Notes under the pieces: generated by a model
Seen by the model: the letters and a program-made list of their open reading frames with translations, nothing else
Told to the model about the DNA's origin: nothing
Database searches by the model: none
Shown: positions 25,895 to 31,478 of the stretch, one piece after another
Layout: the number at the start of each line of letters is the position of its first letter
Numbering within the stretch: the first letter of the stretch is position 1
Made by a program: the position numbers and the translations under genes
DNA from: a virus
Taxonomy: Duplodnaviria; Caudoviricetes
Reading direction: 5' to 3' (one strand)
Virus record (IMG/VR): IMGVR_UViG_3300044580_000469
Span: 1-31,478 of that record
DNA: 31,478 bases

Positions 25895-26452
25895 ATGAAG
25901 ATCAAGAACATTGCAGTCCAATTGCGGGGCTTACGGGACATCATGTTTTGCCGCTATCTGGGGAAAACCTCGACCAGTTGCAATCCCGAGAGCCTACTGT
26001 ATTATGCCGAAGACGAGAAAACGCTGGTATTGCCGGCGCTCAACTTACGGAGTTTTTTGTGCGCCCAAAATACCGACTCTTGCGCGAAAAAGTTCTACGA
26101 CCCACGAAAATTCAGGAATAAGGCTCTCGCTATTCAATCCTATTGCCAGATCGAGCCCGATCTGATTCCACTGACGGCCAACGGCAAGCCCATCGTCTTT
26201 GATGGTTTCAATGAAAAAATCTATCTTTTTCGTAGTGTCCCGCGACTGCCCAAAGGCATTCCCAACGAAATCACCCGGCCAGTAGTCAGGGTCCCATGGG
26301 AATTGAGTTTCACTCTCCGTCTGATTGAAAATGAGCTGATCAGTGAAATGGAACTGTATAGTCTTTTCGAAAAGGGTGGTATTATGATTGGGTTGGGAAC
26401 TTACCGCGGGGTTTTCGGGAAATTTGAAATAGCCAAGTGGGAAAGAATCTAA
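25895..26452 (+). CDS. Stand-alone RAMP/Cas7-like RRM-fold protein
   Basis: N-terminal strand IAVQLRG, LVLPALNLRSFL (compare Cas7 IPxSSLKG), RP...WELSFTL, C-terminal Gly-rich loop GGIMIGLGTYRGVFGKF. Confidence 0.72.
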   Translation: MKIKNIAVQLRGLRDIMFCRYLGKTSTSCNPESLLYYAEDEKTLVLPALNLRSFLCAQNTDSCAKKFYDPRKFRNKALAIQSYCQIEPDLIPLTANGKPIVFDGFNEKIYLFRSVPRLPKGIPNEITRPVVRVPWELSFTLRLIENELISEMELYSLFEKGGIMIGLGTYRGVFGKFEIAKWERI

Positions 26453-26454
26453 TA

Positions 26455-26524
26455 TACCAAGCTCGGCGCTGCGAAGCTTGGCGGGGCCAACCGGGGCAGG
26501 GTAGGGCAAGGCAAAGCAGGATTT
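26455..26524 (+). ncRNA. Phased pentamer tract, mostly (G/A)GY-NN; candidate guide RNA of the RAMP-like protein
   Basis: TACCA AGCTC GGCGC TGCGA AGCTT GGCGG GGCCA ACCGG GGCAG GGTAG GGCAA GGCAA AGCAG GATTT, starting 2 nt after the stop codon. Confidence 0.65.
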
Positions 26525-26681
26525 CAAAAAAGCGCGATTCAAATTCCTTCAATTGTAGCTATTTTGTAGCTCAAATTTGCTCAAAAATGGCGAAAAACGC
26601 ACAAATGGCAAGTGGTGTGAAAACACCAAAATTCTTACTTTTGTCGTCGGGAAAGCCTTGTTTCATTCGGGGGATCTAAAA

Positions 26682-26706
26682 GTGGAGGCGGAGGGAATTG
26701 AACCCT
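26682..26706 (-). other. attP core: 3' end of tmRNA (ssrA) or tRNA-Ala
   Basis: Minus strand reads AGGGTTCAATTCCCTCCGCCTCCAC: T-arm, acceptor 3' strand and discriminator A; next to the integrase 3' end. Confidence 0.85.
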
Positions 26707-26721
26707 GCGAGAATCATTGAA

Positions 26722-26734
26722 TATCAATAGGTTG
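26722..26734 (+). promoter_or_regulatory. IHF binding site in attP
   Basis: TATCAATAGGTTG matches WATCAANNNNTTR, between core and arm sites. Confidence 0.6.
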
Positions 26735-26759
26735 TTGGGATTGTGTAGCTCTCATGTAG

Positions 26760-27758
26760 CTATAATTTTTCAATATAGCGACGAGTCAACTCAAGATCGG
26801 TGTGCGTGTAATCCTGAGTTGTGCGAGAGCTGCTGTGAGCCAATAGTTTCTGCCGGTCCATGTAATTCAGCCCCAATTCTAACAGACGCTGATTGAAAGT
26901 ATGGCGGAAGCTGTGCAGATTGCACTCGGGATTGATCCCCAATTTGCGCGCCAGACGTTTCAGGCGCTTGCGCGCGGCGTCCTGCTTCGCTTCGGTATTG
27001 TAGTCCGGGAAAAGATAGTCAGTTTTAATCTGAAAAATAAAATTGATTGCCGGGTGCACCGGAATCAGGGTGGGCACCGCTTCTTTCTGGGTCACAATTT
27101 GGATACATTTTCGTTTGCGATCCAAATTGCTTTGCCGAAGAGAACCAACATCCGAGCGGCGCAGCCCGGTATAATACAATACCTTGAAAAAGGGCACATC
27201 AGGTGAGCCGGAGTTGAAAATCAATTCCAATTCCTGGGTAGTGAATGGCGGAAAATGATTTTTCCTCCCGTTTAGGCAATATTCATTTTGCAATCGCCGA
27301 AAATCGATCGAACATTCGGCCAAGTAATTGTCCTGGACCGCCTCGGTCAAAAAACGGCGAATAATACCCAATTCTTCCCGCATAGTTTTGGGGCTGGCGC
27401 CATTTTGTTGGCGGGTTAATATGAAATCCTTAATCAGGTTAAAATCGATTTCCTGGAGCGTTTTAGCGCGATTTTGGGCAAAATTCATGAAATTGGTTAG
27501 CATGACCAGAATCCGCGAACCCCAGGATGGGTTTTTGATGGCATCGATGACCCTACAATACTTCTGGAAATACTCTTGCAGGGTGATATTCTCGATATAG
27601 CGGAGATTCAGCTTGACGCGGATATATTTTTCATCGAGTTCCTGACGCAATTGCTGGGCGGTGCGCTTATTGGTCGTGTGGAGCGAATGGCAGATGCGCC
27701 GTCCCTTGATACTCGTGCAGTACCAATATATTTTATTCCGGCGATAGATGAAGCTCAT
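26760..27758 (-). CDS. int: Phage integrase (tyrosine recombinase)
   Basis: N-terminal arm-binding IYRRNKIYWY; TGLRRSD, HSFRH, LAHS, DYTH; adjacent to att. Confidence 0.93.
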   Translation of the reverse strand: MSFIYRRNKIYWYCTSIKGRRICHSLHTTNKRTAQQLRQELDEKYIRVKLNLRYIENITLQEYFQKYCRVIDAIKNPSWGSRILVMLTNFMNFAQNRAKTLQEIDFNLIKDFILTRQQNGASPKTMREELGIIRRFLTEAVQDNYLAECSIDFRRLQNEYCLNGRKNHFPPFTTQELELIFNSGSPDVPFFKVLYYTGLRRSDVGSLRQSNLDRKRKCIQIVTQKEAVPTLIPVHPAINFIFQIKTDYLFPDYNTEAKQDAARKRLKRLARKLGINPECNLHSFRHTFNQRLLELGLNYMDRQKLLAHSSSRTTQDYTHTDLELTRRYIEKL

Positions 27759-27763
27759 AAGGG

Positions 27764-28066
27764 CTAATCGGCGGGCGGATCCTGAGAGTTCGTGATTTTC
27801 CGGATCAATTCCTTCGTTCGCTCATTTTCGGGGTCAGACGGCTTGAATTTCAATTCTTTTCGGCAATAGGGGCAGGTGGAAGCTTCCCGGCTAATCTTTT
27901 TCCGACAATAGGGACATTGATAGCCGCTGAGCAGGAGCGTGAGGATGATTCCGACTGGGCCGAGCAAAAAGCCCAACAGCGCAAAACCGCACCCTTGGTT
28001 GCCTCTTTGGGAAGCAATCAAGGCTGCAAGCAAGCCGCAAATCAGCCAGAATAATAAAATGCCCAT
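27764..28066 (-). CDS. Membrane protein with zinc ribbon
   Basis: Two TM helices (LLGPVG), CPYC...CPYC. Confidence 0.8.
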   Translation of the reverse strand: MGILLFWLICGLLAALIASQRGNQGCGFALLGFLLGPVGIILTLLLSGYQCPYCRKKISREASTCPYCRKELKFKPSDPENERTKELIRKITNSQDPPAD

Positions 28067-28069
28067 GAC

Positions 28070-28558
28070 TTATTCTTCATTTTCATTTTCATTATCTGTT
28101 TCAAGATCAGCAATTCTTAGCCAATCCATGTTTTCAAAATCATCTGGCGTGACTTTTCTAACTGGTATTTTTTCACCTTTCCAAATGGCTATAATTGTAC
28201 ATCGGCAATCAATATGATAGGGAGGTCCATAGCCGCGTCTAATGGATTCGAGAGTAATAAATTTCCCATTCAGATTTGCACAATCCTTACAAGTTCGGTC
28301 ATCTCCAACGCTCGAAATATAAAAACCAGAAATATTTTTCATAGTTTCTTCGTCATAGAATTCCAATTCTTTTGACATGCATTCTTTCAGGAATTCCCAG
28401 TGTTCAACGAATTTTGATGTATCGATTTTGTATTTTTGGTTGGTTAATTCCTTGACTTTCGACAGAGGAATTTTGAATCTATTGAGATAATTGACTTGCA
28501 TATAATATCCTAATTCAAAATTATATCCGATAAACTCACCAATAGAAACAATCTGCAT
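28070..28558 (-). CDS. Protein with MuF-like C-terminal domain
   Basis: GDDRTCKDCANLNGK...PPYHIDCRC. Confidence 0.7.
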   Translation of the reverse strand: MQIVSIGEFIGYNFELGYYMQVNYLNRFKIPLSKVKELTNQKYKIDTSKFVEHWEFLKECMSKELEFYDEETMKNISGFYISSVGDDRTCKDCANLNGKFITLESIRRGYGPPYHIDCRCTIIAIWKGEKIPVRKVTPDDFENMDWLRIADLETDNENENEE

Positions 28559-29032
28559 TTAGGGACGCGTCTCTGTCGCCTGGGATTTTAAGATCTTTTC
28601 AAGTAAGGTGACAGAGACGCAATCTTTTCCTTTTTCCGATGTAAGAATTTCGATTATTTGTATAATCTGACCTTGTAGAAAATAGTCATTACTGATATTC
28701 ATTATTTTTTCACAAAACCTCGGATCAAAACCTTTCAATGAATAATACCCAGGCTTTTTTTCACCTATCATAAAAGGATTGGTGTTAAGCATTTCACCTT
28801 CACCAGTAATCAGCCAATGGAAATTGATTTCATATTTTATGAGCTTGCTCAGTTGATATACGTCTGGGAACGATTCGCCATTTTCGAATTTAATATATGT
28901 TCTCTCGGTTACTTCGAACAATTGGGCCATGACTTTTTGAGTCAATTTTAATGTTTTTCGGACCTGCTTAAGACGAGAACCGAAAAATTTTTCTTCATCT
29001 GAAAAATTTTTCTTGACATTATACGAAAACAT
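28559..29032 (-). CDS. CI-like XRE HTH repressor
   Basis: RLKQVRKTLKLTQKVMAQ...FENGESFP...WLITGEGEM; divergent from cro. Confidence 0.88.
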   Translation of the reverse strand: MFSYNVKKNFSDEEKFFGSRLKQVRKTLKLTQKVMAQLFEVTERTYIKFENGESFPDVYQLSKLIKYEINFHWLITGEGEMLNTNPFMIGEKKPGYYSLKGFDPRFCEKIMNISNDYFLQGQIIQIIEILTSEKGKDCVSVTLLEKILKSQATETRP

Positions 29033-29041
29033 GATTATATT
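28982..29041 (+). promoter_or_regulatory. Rightward early promoter with two palindromic operator candidates
   Basis: GAAAAATTTTTC palindrome at 28982 and 29001; TTGACA(29013)-17 nt-TATATT(29036). Confidence 0.7.
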
Positions 29042-29080
29042 TGCACTGGACAGTATATTGGCATTGTAAAGTTGACATTG

Positions 29081-29272
29081 ATGAAATTAACAAGGTACCT
29101 ACAAAGAAAAAAAATGGCTCGCGAACTTCGGCGGGCCGGTATATCATATCGTGAAATTGCCCGCAGGGCCGGAAAATCGGCTACTGCGGTTTCTTTTTTC
29201 ATGAGAGGCAAGATAAATAGCAGGTCAATTCTCAATGAAATTGAGAAAGCTATCCAAAATAAAAATCCCTGA
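29081..29272 (+). CDS. Cro-like HTH regulator
   Basis: GISYREIARRAGKSATAVSFFMRG; divergent from cI. Confidence 0.82.
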   Translation: MKLTRYLQRKKMARELRRAGISYREIARRAGKSATAVSFFMRGKINSRSILNEIEKAIQNKNP

Positions 29273-29273
29273 A

Positions 29274-29410
29274 TCTGGCGAGGGGTTGGGTTTTTGGAGT
29301 GATGTTCGTCAAAACCAAGTCCCAACCCCTGCCAGAAGTTTCCGCGGAGAGCCAATGTCTTGGCGGGCAGACTCTCCGCGATCTGACCCTCCCAATAAAA
29401 CACAGGAGGT
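29274..29410. ncRNA. Structured intergenic RNA candidate (three hairpins)
   Basis: TCTGGC/GCCAGA plus AGGGGTTGGG/CCCAACCCCT stem (29274-29336); CGCGGAGAG/CTCTCCGCG stem (29343-29380); CCTCC/GGAGG stem over the next RBS. Confidence 0.5.
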
Positions 29411-29416
29411 GCCAAT

Positions 29417-29752
29417 TTGTTGAGTTTAGACATCCTAAATTCTATCCACGGTACTCATTATTCCATTTATTCCCCACATTTGAATTTGCCGGCTTACCAA
29501 AAATTGGTTTGCCGGCTTTTCAATATAAGTGCTGGCGAAGCCTATATTTTGTTCTGTATAGATTATCTGGCGCTTGCAGGCAGACGCTATCCCGCTAAGG
29601 TATTTCCTAATCTGCCAGAATTCATCTACCGTTTTCATTCTCTTTTCAATTCTTCCATTGAACCAAATATAACAAACAAAGAAAGGGAATGCAATGGAAA
29701 TTTCAAACGACAAAAACAATGTAAAGTTTGCAAAGTGCAACCATTCGGTTGA
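29417..29752 (+). CDS. Hypothetical protein
   Basis: AGGAGGT RBS, TTG start. Confidence 0.5.
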   Translation: MLSLDILNSIHGTHYSIYSPHLNLPAYQKLVCRLFNISAGEAYILFCIDYLALAGRRYPAKVFPNLPEFIYRFHSLFNSSIEPNITNKERECNGNFKRQKQCKVCKVQPFG

Positions 29753-30275
29753 CATGTATCTTGCAGGGGGCCACGAAAAAATCACTGACTACGGCGAGCT
29801 GATGCGCGCCATTGCACGGGAAGTTCGGCATTCGCCACTTTCGGTGGATTTCCTCGCTGAAGGAGCCGGAATCACCAACCGATTCGGCGAGCCATCGCCA
29901 TATCGATTGTATAATTTCTGGTCGGCGCGGTCGTTCCCTATGCCCTGGGAATGGCGACGCATGATCCAGTATTTCGTCAGCACAGGCCTGAAAAAATGTG
30001 TCTATCTTATTCACAATTACTTTTTCGGATCCGTCGGCGACCTGCTACTGCATTCCGACACTCTCCAGACAGACGGCAGTTTCGACGACGACCTGCACAG
30101 CCTTACGGCTCGATTGGGTGACTGCGCACAGAGATATTTGGATGCCTGTGCGGACAAAAAAATCATGCCCAATGAAGCCCGCGAAATTGTAGCCTGCCTG
30201 GATGAACTAATCCAGCAGGCGCAGACCGCCAAAAAAGAGATTAATTCTATCGCAAAAAAGGAGGAGAATCTATGA
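29694..30275 (+). CDS. CII (CP76)-like regulatory protein
   Basis: C-terminal ACADKKIMPNEAREI...LDELI pattern; position after cro. Confidence 0.55.
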   Translation: MEISNDKNNVKFAKCNHSVDMYLAGGHEKITDYGELMRAIAREVRHSPLSVDFLAEGAGITNRFGEPSPYRLYNFWSARSFPMPWEWRRMIQYFVSTGLKKCVYLIHNYFFGSVGDLLLHSDTLQTDGSFDDDLHSLTARLGDCAQRYLDACADKKIMPNEAREIVACLDELIQQAQTAKKEINSIAKKEENL

Positions 30276-30463
30276 AACAAGAGAAATACGCCCTACCGGT
30301 AGAAAAAATCAAAGCCGTAACAATTGCGCGAATTGAGGGGGTTAGTTATCATAGGATTTTTCGGGTCATCAAGGCGGGACATATGGGGGACTACTGGGAG
30401 AGGCCCTTGCGGGTCCGCAAGGACATGTATATCCAATGGCAAAACCAAAATCGAAAAAATTGA
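30272..30463 (+). CDS. Excisionase-like small HTH protein
   Basis: AAGGAGG RBS; IARIEGVSYHRIFRVIKAG...PLRV. Confidence 0.6.
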   Translation: MKQEKYALPVEKIKAVTIARIEGVSYHRIFRVIKAGHMGDYWERPLRVRKDMYIQWQNQNRKN

Positions 30464-30470
30464 GCGATCA

Positions 30471-30713
30471 ATGAAGTTCTATGATATACGCGGTCCTGAA
30501 AAAAAGAAAAAATCTGTTTCGGAAAATAAGAGAATACGCTGCTATAATTGCCTGAATTTGGTTGTCTGTAATCAATTGGTCTATTGCAGAAAGAACCAAT
30601 TGCACAAAATCTACCTATATCAGCAACCGGAGATCTATTTTCTCGCCCGAAAAAATTGCCCCTACTATGACCCGTGGAATGGGGAAACATATCAACAGGA
30701 GGCACAGCCATGA
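30471..30713 (+). CDS. Cys-rich hypothetical protein
   Basis: ATG 30471 in frame with track ORF 30324; CYNC...C...CPYY. Confidence 0.55.
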   Translation: MKFYDIRGPEKKKKSVSENKRIRCYNCLNLVVCNQLVYCRKNQLHKIYLYQQPEIYFLARKNCPYYDPWNGETYQQEAQP

Positions 30714-31072
30714 AGTCACAAATCGGACCTGAAATACGCAATGAAAATTTTCAGCGCATCATAGAAAATGGCCATCTCTTGACTCAGGCCGAGATCGTAC
30801 TGCAAACCTTTTTGAGACTCGGCTGGGCATCGGATGAGGACGTCTATTACGCCCTGTGCGCTAATACGGAATTCATGCGCCGCTTTCCTAAATTCGGTCG
30901 GCAGACCGTACCTGCACGTCGCAATGATCTATTCAATAGTCTCGATTTCATTGCCTCTTATACGGTCCAGGAGCGGCGCGGACCCAATGGGACTCAATTC
31001 CTAATCAGCCGCAAGGTGTCGGTGCGAATCGAGCCGCGCACCGGCCAGGCGGCGTTATGTTTTGGAGAATAG
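30710..31072 (+). CDS. Hypothetical protein, possibly winged-helix
   Basis: AGGAGG RBS, ATG at 30710; TVPARRNDL helix. Confidence 0.6.
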   Translation: MKSQIGPEIRNENFQRIIENGHLLTQAEIVLQTFLRLGWASDEDVYYALCANTEFMRRFPKFGRQTVPARRNDLFNSLDFIASYTVQERRGPNGTQFLISRKVSVRIEPRTGQAALCFGE

Positions 31073-31075
31073 GTT

Positions 31076-31324
31076 ATGCGCAGATTAAAACGAAAACAAA
31101 AACCGACAACCTGTCAATTCCGGACGATTGCCTATTTGCGCAATTGCCTTGGAATCGACCAGGATATTCTACACGATTTTTGTTATCGACACCTAAAAAA
31201 GGAACGGTTGTCCGATCTCAATCGGCAAGAAGCGTCGATTTTGATCAAGCATTTGCTGATCCAACTTGGGCTGCCAACATCGCGGCCAGTTCGGCAGAGT
31301 ATTAGAAAATACAGGTTGCAATGA
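31076..31324 (+). CDS. Hypothetical protein (GemA/DUF1018-like helical domain)
   Basis: LSDLNRQEASILIKHL motif. Confidence 0.5.
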   Translation: MRRLKRKQKPTTCQFRTIAYLRNCLGIDQDILHDFCYRHLKKERLSDLNRQEASILIKHLLIQLGLPTSRPVRQSIRKYRLQ

Positions 31325-31434
31325 AATACAGCAATCTCTTTATGGTTTCAATTAACCCCCTACCCCACAAATGCCGTATAGGTGGGGCGTTCCGGCCAAA
31401 CCGAGCGCCCCACCCTCTCTCATGGAGGTGAAGA

Positions 31435-31478
31435 ATGGCAAGACCTTACAAAACCGGACTGGATTATTTTTCCTTCGA
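31435..31478 (+). CDS. Replication initiator N-terminus (DUF4373/Lin1244-like), truncated by the window edge
   Basis: GGAGGTG RBS; MARPYKTGLDYFSF. Confidence 0.75.
   Translation, partial: MARPYKTGLDYFSF

Larger units (their letters stand above)
26554..26761 (+). repeat. Integrase arm-type sites (TGTAGCT x4)
   Basis: TGTAGCT at 26554, 26565, 26744 and 26755: two pairs with 11-bp period flanking the att core. Confidence 0.8.
1..31478. mobile_element. Temperate phage genome segment (Mu-like head, siphovirus-type tail, tyrosine integrase), attP form
   Basis: Terminase, portal, capsid, tail, integrase, cI/cro and replication genes are contiguous; no host housekeeping genes; att core is internal, between tail genes and integrase. 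Confidence 0.95.

Noticed and set aside
26437-26679. 80-aa ORF over the pentamer tract
   Set aside because: A 5-nt period does not fit codon structure; the ORF runs across attP arm sites and has no clear RBS
26682-26760. Complete tRNA or tmRNA gene
   Set aside because: Only the T-arm and acceptor 3' strand are present; the first T-stem pair is broken and no 5' half is visible
1-31478. Canonical CRISPR array or cas operon to go with the RAMP-like gene
   Set aside because: No 25-45-nt repeats with unique spacers seen; the long tandem repeats are in-frame coding repeats; no cas1/2/3/5/6/10 recognised

Overview
About 31 kb of a temperate tailed phage, apparently in the excised (attP) configuration: tail genes lie left of an attachment site and the integrase/repressor module lies right of it, with no host genes. 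Order on the + strand: small membrane ORFs; two tandem XerC/D-like tyrosine recombinases with a dif/cer-like site; an accessory cluster (possible ring nuclease, gene fragments, HTH); Mu-like head genes (TerS, TerL, portal-MuF fusion, protease, cement, MCP) interrupted by an adhesin-like gene and a lysis cassette; a non-contractile tail module (duplicated tail tube, -1 frameshifted chaperone, TMP, fibres); a metallophosphoesterase; a stand-alone RAMP/Cas7-like gene; attP (tmRNA/tRNA-Ala-like 3' end). Then, on the - strand, integrase, two accessory genes and cI; then cro, cII-like and early genes, ending in a partial replication initiator. Two signals stand out. (1) The RAMP-like gene is followed immediately by a strictly phased 5-nt repeat tract, mostly (G/A)GY plus a variable NN, a candidate non-CRISPR RNA-guided system. 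(2) A 20-nt sequence in a hairpin after cro is identical to the predicted first 20 nt of the late (terS) transcript, about 24.7 kb away. All family assignments are motif recognition by eye; no searches were run.
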